The notes below the pieces were generated by a model that did not search any database, was not told where the DNA came from, and saw only the letters and a list, made by a program, of their open reading frames with translations. A DNA stretch of 64,000 nt, from contig CAMLUO010000001.1 of assembly GCA_946487895.1 (NCBI GenBank), positions 41,540 to 105,539 of the forward strand. Direction: 5' to 3'. Position 1 is the first letter of the stretch; the number at the start of each line of letters is the position of its first letter. Below, piece by piece: positions 50,344 through 61,002 of the stretch. This DNA comes from an uncultured Clostridium sp. (lineage in GTDB: Bacteria > Bacillota > Clostridia > TANB77 > CAG-508). The position numbers and the translations under genes were made by a program.

Positions 50344-51699
50344 TATCAGGTCATAAGCTTTAGAATCAGTAATTTTGCATTTTATAAATTGGTGTATGTA
50401 TTTACTAGGATTCTCAGTATTGCTTTTTATATATACTAACCCATCAATATCTGGTGCATCTTGCATTGTTCTTCCAATTAAGTATTTTCCATCAAATGAT
50501 ATATTTTCTACTAAGACTTCACATTCTTTTCCTATTTTTTCTTTCATTTTTTCTGCTGCAATTTTTTGTTGTTCTTTCATTATTTTATTATATCTTGCTT
50601 TTTTAGTGTTTCCGTGTATTTGTTCTGGAAGTCTTGCAGCTGGTGTTCCATCTTCTTTTGAGTACATAAATGTTCCTAGTCTATCAAATTTTGTTTCTTT
50701 TACGAATTCTAATAAATCTTTAAAGTCTTCTTCTGTTTCGCTTGGGAATCCTACAATTAAGCTTGTCCTTATTATTGCATCTGGAATTTTATTTCTTATT
50801 TTTCTTATTATTTCTTTTATTTGCTTTTTATTTGTTTTTCTGTTCATTTTTTTCAATATAGTATCACTAGAATGTTGAATTGGTATGTCAAAGTATTTTG
50901 CAATTTTATCATTTCGAGCAACGACTTCTATTAATTCATCTGTTATTCCTTCTGGATAAGAATATAGGAAACGAATCCATTTTAATTCTTTAATTTTGCA
51001 TAATTCTTGTAATAGTTCTGCTAACTTACTTTCTTCATATATATCAATTCCATATTTAGTTGTATCTTGTGCTATTATTATTAATTCTTTTATTCCTTTT
51101 TTTGCAAGCATTTTCGTTTCTTCTATAATATCTTCTTTTTTTCTACTTACAAATGGTCCTCTTATATATGGAATAGCACAATATGTACATTTGTTGCTAC
51201 ATCCTTCTCCGATTTTTAGATATGCATAGTCTTGTCCAGTTGTGATAGTTCTTTCTAAAAATTGTTCTTGTGTAATCATTGGCATTTTAGGAATTTCTGT
51301 TATTTTTTTGCTACTTTTTTTCTTTTTTATTACAATGTTTCTTTTTATTAAATCTTCTATTTGTTCCCACAATGTATCATAATCTTCTATTTTTACAAAT
51401 AAATCTACTTCTGGCAATGCTTTTATAAGTTCATCATAATATCTTTGCACTAAACATCCCATTACTATTAAATATTTACAATTTTTATTTTTGTATTCTG
51501 CCATTTCTAGTATTGTATTTATAGCCTCTTCTTTGGCAGATTCGATAAAACCACAGGTATTTATTACTAAAATATCTGCTTTTTCTTCATTATTTACAAC
51601 TTTAAAGTTATGTTTTTTAAACATTCCTATTGTTGCTTCAGTATCTATTAAATTTTTACTACATCCAAGTGATATAAATCCTACATTCATTATTTTCAC
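50317..51699 (-). CDS. rimO: Ribosomal protein S12 methylthiotransferase RimO
   Basis: ISLGCSKNLIDTE, INTCGFI, GCSNKCTYCAIP and a C-terminal TRAM-like domain. Confidence 0.85.
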   Translation of the reverse strand: MKIMNVGFISLGCSKNLIDTEATIGMFKKHNFKVVNNEEKADILVINTCGFIESAKEEAINTILEMAEYKNKNCKYLIVMGCLVQRYYDELIKALPEVDLFVKIEDYDTLWEQIEDLIKRNIVIKKKKSSKKITEIPKMPMITQEQFLERTITTGQDYAYLKIGEGCSNKCTYCAIPYIRGPFVSRKKEDIIEETKMLAKKGIKELIIIAQDTTKYGIDIYEESKLAELLQELCKIKELKWIRFLYSYPEGITDELIEVVARNDKIAKYFDIPIQHSSDTILKKMNRKTNKKQIKEIIRKIRNKIPDAIIRTSLIVGFPSETEEDFKDLLEFVKETKFDRLGTFMYSKEDGTPAARLPEQIHGNTKKARYNKIMKEQQKIAAEKMKEKIGKECEVLVENISFDGKYLIGRTMQDAPDIDGLVYIKSNTENPSKYIHQFIKCKITDSKAYDLIACPFGDVS

Positions 51700-51713
51700 C
51701 CTTTCTACTGGGA

Positions 51714-52895
51714 TTAGTGTGATATTATATGTTTTCTCGTCAACTCCATCAAATCTAGTTTTGTAAATCCTTCAACTTGTACTTTACTTCTATCTTTTTT
51801 TATTTCTTCTTTAAGTAGATTTTCAATTTTTTCTCTGTTGCCTTCATCCTTCATGTCAATATAGTCAATTATTACTATTCCACCTATATCTCTTAGTCTT
51901 AATTGTTTTGCTATTTCTATTGTAGCTTCTTCATTTACTTTGTATATTGTTTGCTCTAAGTTTTTTGTTCCTGTATATTTTCCCGTATTTACATCAATTG
52001 CAGTTAGAGCTTCTGTTTTATCAATTGTTATGAATCCCCCACATTTTAACCATATTTTTCTGTTTTGCATTTTTTCTATTTGCTTTTCTAAATCATATTT
52101 TTCAAAGATATTATTTGATTTGTCTAGTTCTATTTCTGTGTCTTGGTATTCTTTGTTTTCTTTTTTATATTCTCCTAATTTGTTTAAATCTTTTTGTGTA
52201 TTTACAATTATTTTGTCTATTTTTTCATCTGCTAAATCTAAGAGCATTTTTTCTATCAGACTTTCACTTTCATATAATAATTTTGGTTCGTGTAAATCTG
52301 GATCTACTGATGTTTTTATAATGCTTTCCCATTTTGCTTCTACTTTTTTTATGTCTTTAATTACTACTTCTTCTTTTCCTTGCGCTGATGTTCTTATCAC
52401 GGCTCCATTTCCTTTTCTTAAATTTTCTTTTACTAATTTTATTAATCTTTGTTGTTCTTCTTTATTTTCTATTTTTTGCGAAACTGTAATTATATCAGTA
52501 TTTGGCATTAATGCAATATATTTTCCTGGTAAATTTATATGTGTTGATACTCTTGCACCTTTTTGCTCTGTACTATCTTTTTTTACTTGAACTAAAATTT
52601 TCATATTTGGTTGTAATATTTTTGTTATATCTATATTATTGTCTAATTTTTCTTTTGTCTCATCTATTTTTTTCATTACATCTTTTAAATGGATAAAACT
52701 ATTTTTGTCACCTCCTATATCTATAAATGCTGCTTGCATTCCTTTTACGATATCTTTAACAATTCCTATATATATGTTTCCTTCTTTTCTGTTATTATGT
52801 TGTGAATTATCTTCATAGTATTCAACTAGTTTTCCATTTTTTATTAATACTATTATTGTATTTTCTTTTTGTCTTTGTACTATAATTTCTGTCAT
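51714..52895 (-). CDS. rng: Rne/Rng family ribonuclease (RNase G-like)
   Basis: S1 domain (GNIYIGIVKDIVKGMQAAFIDIG), AIDVNTGKY, GG.VIIDYIDM. Confidence 0.85.
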   Translation of the reverse strand: MTEIIVQRQKENTIIVLIKNGKLVEYYEDNSQHNNRKEGNIYIGIVKDIVKGMQAAFIDIGGDKNSFIHLKDVMKKIDETKEKLDNNIDITKILQPNMKILVQVKKDSTEQKGARVSTHINLPGKYIALMPNTDIITVSQKIENKEEQQRLIKLVKENLRKGNGAVIRTSAQGKEEVVIKDIKKVEAKWESIIKTSVDPDLHEPKLLYESESLIEKMLLDLADEKIDKIIVNTQKDLNKLGEYKKENKEYQDTEIELDKSNNIFEKYDLEKQIEKMQNRKIWLKCGGFITIDKTEALTAIDVNTGKYTGTKNLEQTIYKVNEEATIEIAKQLRLRDIGGIVIIDYIDMKDEGNREKIENLLKEEIKKDRSKVQVEGFTKLDLMELTRKHIISH

Positions 52896-52948
52896 AAAAT
52901 TCTTTTCTCCTTTTTGCTTTATTCTAATTTTTATATGTTCTTTTGTCC

Positions 52949-53506
52949 CTAATTGAACAAATTCATAGCTTTGTCTATTCCGTTTTTTATTATTTCTATA
53001 ACTGCATCTCTTGCTAAATCAGTACTTTTATTTAATATTTTCTGATCTTCTTCTGGAATTTTTCCTATAACATAATTGATTAAATCTCCTTTATGTTCAG
53101 GCTTTCCAATTCCTACTCTCACTCTTGGGAATTTTTCAGTTCCTATTTCTTTTATTACTGATTTCATTCCATTATGTGTTCCTGGTCCTCCTGTTTTTCT
53201 TAATTTAATTATTCCTGGTTCTATGTCTATATCATCATATATGATTATTAAGTTTTCTGTATTTAATTTATAGAAATCTATTATTTCTTTTACACTTTCC
53301 CCACTTAAATTCATATATGTTTGTGGTTTCAATAAAATAACTTTTTCTCCTTCTATTACCCCTGTCCCATATATTCCTTTGAAATTTGTTTTTGAAAATT
53401 TTATGTCATATTTTTTTGCTATTTTATTCACTGTATCAAATCCCATATTATGTCTTGTATTTGAATATTCTTCTTCTGGATTTCCTAATCCTATAATTAT
53501 ATACAT
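52949..53506 (-). CDS. pth: Peptidyl-tRNA hydrolase
   Basis: MYIIIGLGNP...Y..TRHN.GF, GG..GHNG.KS. Confidence 0.92.
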   Translation of the reverse strand: MYIIIGLGNPEEEYSNTRHNMGFDTVNKIAKKYDIKFSKTNFKGIYGTGVIEGEKVILLKPQTYMNLSGESVKEIIDFYKLNTENLIIIYDDIDIEPGIIKLRKTGGPGTHNGMKSVIKEIGTEKFPRVRVGIGKPEHKGDLINYVIGKIPEEDQKILNKSTDLARDAVIEIIKNGIDKAMNLFN

Positions 53507-53702
53507 TTTTTGCTCCTTGTTTTTTTATCACAATTATTTTATTCTTATATATTTTAACCTTTTTTTCTACTTTTTGCAAGCGATAAGCTTACTTTGATAA
53601 CTTTTCTCTATTTTTTATTTGTCAACAAGAAAAAAGCACCTTCAAAAAAGTGCCTTTAATTTTCTTACTATATACGTAAAATCTTTGATTTTCCCTATAT
53701 AA

Positions 53703-53987
53703 TTATTCTGCTGATTCTGTTGAGTTTTCTTCAGCTTCTGGTGCTTCATAAGCTTCTAAGATAGCTTTTTGAATTTTCTCTCTTGTTTCAGCATTGATTG
53801 GATGAGCTATATCTTTGAATTCTCCGTTTGGAGTTTTTCTACTTGGCATAGCTATAAATAATCCATTTTGGCTTTCGATAACTTTAATATCGTGAACTGC
53901 GAATTCGTTATCGAATGTTACAGAAGCAACAGCTTTCATTCTGTTCTCTGAATTTACTTTTCTTAAACGTACATCTGTGATTTGCAT
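53703..53987 (-). CDS. spoVG: Septation/sporulation regulator SpoVG
   Basis: [11 protein letters not shown]......[49 protein letters not shown] at 53987. Confidence 0.92.
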   Translation of the reverse strand: MQITDVRLRKVNSENRMKAVASVTFDNEFAVHDIKVIESQNGLFIAMPSRKTPNGEFKDIAHPINAETREKIQKAILEAYEAPEAEENSTESAE

Positions 53988-54294
53988 TTTAAAATGCACC
54001 TGCCTTCCCTAAGTTTAATTTTGTACATATCGTTTAATTCTATGTACATTTATATTATTCTGCATAAAAAACTTTTTTCCTTCTTTTTTTTACAAAAAAG
54101 TTAGATTTTATTAATACGATTTATATCAGGGCTTTAATTTATATTTTCTAGGTTATTTATTCACATTTTATTTGATTTTTCATATTATAAAATATAGTTT
54201 TTTTATGGTATTTTTAGTAGAAGTATTGAATTTTCACGTATTTAAGTATATAATACTTTTACTAAATGAAAATTCCTAGGGGAGTGATTTTTTT

Positions 54295-55677
54295 ATGCCA
54301 GATATAACTAATTTAAAAAAATATAAAAATATACATATGATTGGAATTGGTGGCGTTAGTATGAGTGGAATAGCCGCAATATTAAAAAATTGGAGCTTTA
54401 ACGTTACTGGTTCTGATATGTTTGATTCTGAAACAGTACAAGAATTAATAAATAATGGAATTAATGTTACAATTGGTCACAATTTAGAAGATGTTGCGAA
54501 TTCTGATGTTGTGGTTTATTCTGCTGCAATAAAAAAGGATGACCCAGAAATGTTAGAAGCAAATAGGCTTAATATTCCTACTATTGAAAGAGCTGATTTT
54601 CTAGGTGAGATTACTAGATGTTATACAGATACTATATGTATTTCTGGAACTCATGGAAAGACTACTACTACTTCTATGGTATCTATTGCATTTATTGAAG
54701 CTTTAAAAGACCCAAGCATTCAAGTTGGAGCTTATTTAAATGCTATTAAAGGGAATTATCTAGTTGGTAATAGTGAACATTTTATTATTGAAGCATGTGA
54801 ATATGTTGAAAGCTTTTTAAAGTTTAGCCCTAAGGCTGAAATTATTTTAAATATTGATAATGACCATTTAGATTATTTTAAAACTTTTGATAATATAAAA
54901 AATGCTTTTATTAAATATGTTAAATTATTGCCTGATGATGGTATTTTAGTAATTAATGGCGATGATAAAAATTGTTTAGATTTAAAACAATATACAAATG
55001 CAAAAGTTACTTCTTATGGTATTGATAATAAAAATGCTGATTTTTATGCTGATAATATTGTATTTGATAATGATGGATTTGCATCTTTTGATGTATATCA
55101 TCAAGGTAATTTATTTGGACATTTTAGTCTTTCAGTTCCTGGAAAGCATAATGTTTTAAATGCATTAGCATGTATTTGTTTATGTGCAAATTATTCAATT
55201 GACGTTCCACATATTCAATCTGCTTTGAAAAAATTTACTGGAGCACATAGAAGATTTGAATTTAAAGGTAGAATAAATAATGATATTAGTGTTTATGATG
55301 ATTATGGTCATCATCCTACTGAAATTGTTGCAACTGCAAATTCTTTGAAAAATAAAAAATATAATGAATCTTGGGTTATTTTTCAACCTCATACATATAG
55401 TAGAACTAAAAATTTATTAGATGATTTTGCAAATGCTTTGTTAAATTTTGACCATATAATTGTTTTGGATATTTATGCTGCAAGGGAAACAAATACTTAT
55501 AATATTTCTTCTAAAGATTTAGTTGATAAAATTAATTCTTTGGGTAAAACTGCTTTATATATTCCTGATTTTGATGAATGTGTTTCTTTTGTAAAGTCTC
55601 GCGTAAAACCTAATGATGTTGTTATGACTTTAGGTGCTGGTACTGTTACTCAAATTGGCCCAATGTTATTAAAATAG
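54295..55677 (+). CDS. murC: UDP-N-acetylmuramate--L-alanine ligase
   Basis: HMIGIGGVSMSGIA, GTHGKTTTTSM, DDYGHHPTE. Confidence 0.93.
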   Translation: MPDITNLKKYKNIHMIGIGGVSMSGIAAILKNWSFNVTGSDMFDSETVQELINNGINVTIGHNLEDVANSDVVVYSAAIKKDDPEMLEANRLNIPTIERADFLGEITRCYTDTICISGTHGKTTTTSMVSIAFIEALKDPSIQVGAYLNAIKGNYLVGNSEHFIIEACEYVESFLKFSPKAEIILNIDNDHLDYFKTFDNIKNAFIKYVKLLPDDGILVINGDDKNCLDLKQYTNAKVTSYGIDNKNADFYADNIVFDNDGFASFDVYHQGNLFGHFSLSVPGKHNVLNALACICLCANYSIDVPHIQSALKKFTGAHRRFEFKGRINNDISVYDDYGHHPTEIVATANSLKNKKYNESWVIFQPHTYSRTKNLLDDFANALLNFDHIIVLDIYAARETNTYNISSKDLVDKINSLGKTALYIPDFDECVSFVKSRVKPNDVVMTLGAGTVTQIGPMLLK

Positions 55678-56928
55678 AGGGATTTTAAGCTCCGTCCCCG
55701 AATCCCTCTTGCTTGTTTTAACATTATATCTCCAAACACTGCATACCCTTCTTCTGGATTATTTACTAACACATGTGTAACCGCTCCTATAAATTTTCCA
55801 TTTTGAATTATTGGTGAACCTGACATTCCTTGTATTATTCCTCCTGTTTTCTCTAATAATCTGCTATCTGTTACTTTTATTTCCATACTTTTATTATCAT
55901 AATTATTTTCTTTAAAAATTTTCTTGATTTCTATCTCATATTCTTGTACTGTTTTATTATCTAAACTACAAAGTATTGTTGCTTTACCCAGTTGTATCTC
56001 ATCTCTTGTTGCAACTTCCATTTCTTTTGAGGTATCTATACTTAATCCTGATAAATTATCTACTTTTCCATATATTCCAAATTTTGTGTTTTTATCTATT
56101 TCTCCTATATTTACTTGATTTTCTATTGTACCTTGTATTTTTCCCGGATTTCCACTTTCTCCTTTTGTTATATTTAATATTCTTGTTGTTACAAACTCCC
56201 CTGATGCAATATTTATTAATTCTCCTGTGTCTATATCTGTTATTCCATGTCCGCAATGCTCCAAATGTTTTCGTACTTGGTTCATAAAATGTTACTGTTC
56301 CGACTCCTGCTGCACTATCTCTTACCCATAATCCTAATTTATATTCATCTTGGCTTGTTTGTACTGGCTCTATGCTACATTCTTTGCTTTCTTCTTCATG
56401 TATATATGTTATTTTTATATCTTTTCCATTAGATTCATTAACACATTCTACTAATTCTTCTGTTGATGCTATATATGTTTCATTTATTTTGGTTATTCTG
56501 TCTCCTTCTTCTATTCCTGTATTTTCATATGGTTTATACATTTTATTGTCTATTCCTTCTATTTCTGACATTCCTACTACTAATACTCCACTTGTATATA
56601 GTTTTACTCCTGCAATGTTTCCTACTGGTATTACTGTTGTTTTTGGTATTACTGATACATCAATATTCTTTATAAATAGCTTGTCAAATAGACTTATTGT
56701 TATATTTTCTTTTCCCACTTGATTTATAGTTTTTTCTCCTGTGCTTGCTGAAACACTTAGAGCTTCATTTTCAGATTTCATAGTGATTCCAAAAAATGTT
56801 TTTAATGATATATTTTCTCCCTCAAATATTGTAATTTCATCTGGCATATAGTTTATCACTAAAATATATACATATATAATTAATAAAAAAATTAATAATA
56901 ACATTTTCTTTAAAAACTTTTTAAGCAT
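55650..56928 (-). pseudogene. spoIVB: SpoIVB peptidase (S55), split by a 1-nt insertion just before the catalytic His
   Basis: ORF 56092-56928 carries the signal anchor, PDZ domain (GIEEGDRI) and WVRDSAAGVGT.TF. ORF 55650-56285 carries GHGITD and GMSGSPI. Sense strand reads GCA TTG C GGA CAT. Deleting the C (plus base 56253) gives TFGAL-GHGITDIDTGE. Confidence 0.88.
55677..55708. repeat. GGGGACGG-core palindromic repeat (inverted)
   Basis: GAGGGATTTTAAGCTCCGTCCCCGAATCCCTC. It overlaps the murC stop codon and the 3' end of the spoIVB reading frame. Confidence 0.75.
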
Positions 56929-57033
56929 AATTTCTCCTTTTTATTTATTATTAACTTTTTTTATTTTTATATACAAAAAAATTGCTTATATTTACAATAT
57001 AAACAATTTTTTATTTAAAATATATTTTGCATT

Positions 57034-58666
57034 TTATTGTGCATAGTCTGATATTAATGCAGCTGAATTGTTATTAGTTTTGTACATGCTATATCGCTCT
57101 CTACCCAAAGCTCTAAAGTAAGTTTCAGCTAATGTTCCACCTTGAGCAGCAATGTAAGCATATATACTATTACCATAGGTATTTGCTGTATTATTATCAC
57201 TATTTAGATCTTCAACATTTGATTGATTTACTATACTTGTATAACATCCTGATTCTTTATGTGGATAATAATATGTTACTCCTGTATCTGTTGTTACTGA
57301 TTTTCTTTCGAAATCCACGTTAAAGTGTGCTCCGAACTATATTACTATTTCCTACTAAATCTTTATCTGTGGCCCTATGATATTGTCCATCTGAAGTAAT
57401 TAAGTATATTGAATCTGTATTTACAACTTCTTCAGTCTTAGTATTTGTAACTATTGAATATCCATTGTATACTTTTCCGCCTATACTTAGTCCTTGCATG
57501 AAACTAATTACTGATACATTATTTAATATTTGTTCCCACTCATCTTCTTGTAATTCTGGCATTAAGAAATTAGTAGTTAAGCCATTATCATAATTGTTAT
57601 AATTTGCTATTGCTATTGATAAGTTTTTTTCAATTGAATATCTAATTACTTGTAATCTATGTTGATTAAAATCAGAATTAGGGTCTTCTATTGATAAACC
57701 TTTATTAGTTGAATCTTCTTGTCTTGTAAAGATAGGTACATCTCCCCATCCTTCATTTTCTGCAAGTCCAGTAGATCCATCTTCTTCATAAACAGCGTCT
57801 GATGTTCTTAAATCTCCTAAATTGTCTTGTACCCATTGCGTAAATTCTTTTGCATCTCTATAATATCTTACTCCTGAATCATTTGTTGTGTCATATATAG
57901 TACTTTGATAATATTTTTGACCATTTAACATTGAGTACCATCTACCATCTGTATCTAAATAGTATTTTACTCCATTTATCTTGGTATAATTTACTTGATT
58001 TCCTGTACTATCTACATATTCTGTTAATGTTTCTTCTCCTATTGTTACTCCTCTATATGTTATAGTATTATTTGATTCGTTATAATTTCCTACATTATCT
58101 AGTAAGTACCCATATTTATATACTGTTTCTCCTTTAACTGTTCCCTGAACTGTTATATAGTTATCCAGTGAGTATGTTATTACTACATCTGTATTACTAT
58201 CTGGGATATATCTACAGCTATAAAAAATATATGGTTTTAATCCTGATATTCTTTCACCATCTTGGTATGTTGATGAGTCTGTATAATCATCTGATGTTAG
58301 TGTGTTTGTAAAAGGTGAGTATATATAGTATCCATCATACATGGTATATACTATTGCTGGTACATATTCTTTCAATATATCTTGATTATATCCAGCCATG
58401 TTAAAATTAGTAGCAATCGAATTAAAAAATGTATTTACAGATGCCTCTATATCTCTCAGTTTTGAATTCGCTAAATCCGATGTGCTACTATTGACAGTAT
58501 TTAATTGAAACGCTTTTAAAGCATCATATGTCGCATTTGTTAATTTTGTGTCATATGATACTTGCAATTCCAAAGTTTCAACTTGGTTTTGTACATATGC
58601 AGTTACAATCATAGATATCGGTAAAATAATGATAATAAATATAACCGCTAAGTTTTGTATTTTCAT
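57034..58666 (-). CDS. Large pilus-locus protein (N-terminal TM anchor), split into two ORFs by a 1-nt insertion
   Basis: ORFs 57320-58666 and 57034-57318 abut. ATA GTT C GGA GCA; deleting the C (plus base 57334) reads ...GNSNIV-GAHFNVDFERKSVTTDTG..., giving about 542 aa. AAGGAAAGAG RBS. Confidence 0.6.
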
Positions 58667-58694
58667 ATTTCTCTTTCCTTAGTATATCATTGTT

Positions 58695-59234
58695 CTAATT
58701 TCCTGCACCATTTGCTGTTACAATTCCGCCATGTTCTGCAGCAATTACATATGTATCATTTCCAGTTACAGAGTAAAAGAAGTTTTTAAGTTGTTGTGAC
58801 ATTGTTGTATTTGTATTATTTACTTTTGTAGAAAATATATCTCCTTCTTTTAATGCTAATGTTTTTGTTTGTCCACTAGATGGGTTTATTGTATCTAATA
58901 TTTGTGAAGTATACATTGTGTAATATACATTTTCTCCTATCTTTGTTGCTTCTGCCTGTGTAGTTTTCTTTCCTGGATTTTCATCTAATACTTGTAATTC
59001 CATTTCTACTTCATAAGAGTTTCCTGTTGATGAAATATTTTCTACAAATTGACTATATTTATCCATTGTCAATTTTCCTGTTGTTCTTACGTCATCCACA
59101 AACTCTGTTGTAGCTGTTTCCACAGTAAGTTGTGATACATCGTCTGTTCTATCAGACATTGTCATTAGTGGAAAAACAAACATTAGAACTGCTGCTAAAA
59201 CTATTGCAATTATTGTAATTAATGTATCTCCCAT
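58695..59234 (-). CDS. Pilus-locus protein with an N-terminal hydrophobic helix (TadE/pseudopilin-like position)
   Basis: MGDTLITIIAIVLAAVLMFVFPL.... AAGGAGGA RBS. Confidence 0.5.
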   Translation of the reverse strand: MGDTLITIIAIVLAAVLMFVFPLMTMSDRTDDVSQLTVETATTEFVDDVRTTGKLTMDKYSQFVENISSTGNSYEVEMELQVLDENPGKKTTQAEATKIGENVYYTMYTSQILDTINPSSGQTKTLALKEGDIFSTKVNNTNTTMSQQLKNFFYSVTGNDTYVIAAEHGGIVTANGAGN

Positions 59235-59270
59235 ATTTATTCCTCCTTATGGGTAAGTCATTTAATTGGT

Positions 59271-59942
59271 TTAATCTGGTATTGAATACGTTATAACCCT
59301 TTTTATTGTTTTATTTGCATCTGGAACTGAGCTTGTTGTTTCATCATCAGATGTTTCTCCATCATATCCAGCAATTGGTGTTTCTTCTTGGTAGTAAACA
59401 CCTAGACTTTCCTTTAAACCAGTCCCTCTACCTTTTATTTTATCATAAATTCCCTCATCATTCAAGTATATTCCCAAATTATCTACAAAATTCACTTTTA
59501 CTGTGTCAAAATCTGCATATCTTTCACCATAAAGAATTGACATGATAAATTGTTCTTTTTGAGTATCATTTCCTAAAACTTCATTTTGTAAATCTATACT
59601 ATATACTCCTACAAAATCACCAGCGTCATTTCTCCTTCTGTATATTCCATCAGTTCCCAGTAATGTAGGTGCTCCTTCTGAATCTTCATTGTCTTTAAAC
59701 ACAATTTTATAATTTTCCTTATATGCTTTGTAAATTGAAGGTACTATACTTTCTAATCCTACTATTCTTTCAGTTGTTCCATTATCTTCAACATATGTAT
59801 AACTATATTCTCTATCTTGACGATCTAATATAGTTGTAGCTGTCATTCTTGCTTCACTAAAAGCATTGATACTTATGGTCAATGCCACCACAAATATCAA
59901 TACAGCTGCCGCCATATATAATGCATCTGTTGCATTTTCCAT
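59271..59942 (-). CDS. Pilin-like protein (MENATDA leader)
   Basis: ATG at 59942 follows AAAGGAGAG. MENATDALYMAAAVLIFVVALTISINAF resembles the MENASKAL N-termini of the neighbouring paralogs. Confidence 0.55.
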   Translation of the reverse strand: MENATDALYMAAAVLIFVVALTISINAFSEARMTATTILDRQDREYSYTYVEDNGTTERIVGLESIVPSIYKAYKENYKIVFKDNEDSEGAPTLLGTDGIYRRRNDAGDFVGVYSIDLQNEVLGNDTQKEQFIMSILYGERYADFDTVKVNFVDNLGIYLNDEGIYDKIKGRGTGLKESLGVYYQEETPIAGYDGETSDDETTSSVPDANKTIKRVITYSIPD

Positions 59943-59992
59943 AAGTATCACTCTCCTTTTTTAGAAATTATTCTGTCTTTTTCTTATTTTAT

Positions 59993-60427
59993 TTATGTTG
60001 GATCTGCTATTGTCACTGTATCAACTAAGCCTGTGTCTTCATCCATTGTACATTCTACTTTATATGTTTCTCCTGTTAAAGCTTTAGAAAATGATGAATT
60101 ACCAGCAATATTACCAGATGGTTTAGTACCACTTGTTTGCCAACTTGTTGCTGTTACTTTTACTGTAACTTGTCTAGAACTATCATCTTGATATGTTACA
60201 TTATTTTGTCTTATTTGTTCTAATAGTGCATTTACTTGTGCTCCTCTTATATTCTCACCTTGATATTGTGTGAATCTTGTATTGAATGAAGATATATCTA
60301 CTTCACTCATTGAATTGTTATTTACAACTCCTGATGCTTGTTGGTATATCATAATTCCTAATGATATAATTAAAATTGCAAGTAATATTGCTCCTGCGAT
60401 AATTAACGCTTTTGATGCATTTTCCAT
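59993..60427 (-). CDS. Pilin-like protein, tandem paralog A
   Basis: MENASKALIIAGAILLAILIISLGIMIYQQ.... The first ~95 codons are about 90 percent identical in DNA to 60485-60919. Confidence 0.65.
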   Translation of the reverse strand: MENASKALIIAGAILLAILIISLGIMIYQQASGVVNNNSMSEVDISSFNTRFTQYQGENIRGAQVNALLEQIRQNNVTYQDDSSRQVTVKVTATSWQTSGTKPSGNIAGNSSFSKALTGETYKVECTMDEDTGLVDTVTIADPT

Positions 60428-60484
60428 TTTAAATTCCCCCTATTTTAATAATTTTATCTATATTATGCAAATCATAATATAATC

Positions 60485-60919
60485 TTAATTAATTTTGCTT
60501 ATGTTAGCTGTTATTGTTATTACATCAACTAAACCTGTGTCTTCATCCATTGCACATTCTACTTTATATGTTGTACCTGTTCCTGCTCTTGTATAAGTAG
60601 AACTTCCTGTTAAAGTGTTTTCTGTAGCAGCTCCACCTGTTAAAGTACTTTTTATTGCAACTTGTCTAGATGTATCATCTTGATATGTTACATTGTTTTG
60701 TCTTACTTGCTCTAATAATGCATTTACTTGTGCTCCTCTTATATTCTCACCTTGATATTGTGTAAATCTTGTATTAAATGAAGAGATGTCAACTTCACTC
60801 ATCGAATCGCTATTTACAACTCCTGCTGCTTGTTGGTATATCATTATTCCTAAAGATATGATTAATATTGCAAGTAATATTGCTCCTGCTATAATTAATG
60901 CTTTTGATGCATTCTCCAT
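60485..60919 (-). CDS. Pilin-like protein, tandem paralog B
   Basis: Same N-terminal module as paralog A, a divergent middle, and a shared C-terminal YKVEC.MDEDTGLVD. Confidence 0.65.
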   Translation of the reverse strand: MENASKALIIAGAILLAILIISLGIMIYQQAAGVVNSDSMSEVDISSFNTRFTQYQGENIRGAQVNALLEQVRQNNVTYQDDTSRQVAIKSTLTGGAATENTLTGSSTYTRAGTGTTYKVECAMDEDTGLVDVITITANISKIN

Positions 60920-61002
60920 GTTAAATTCCTCCTTTCTGTTTTTGTTTTTTATTTAATTTACTAATATTCCTATTAGTAATCTTAATAACTTTAGTTAAAT
61001 GT

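Noticed and set aside
66-55708. CRISPR array formed by the recurring palindromic repeats
   Set aside because: The copies are kilobases apart, in both orientations, with no regular spacers and no cas genes. They are dispersed REP-like elements.
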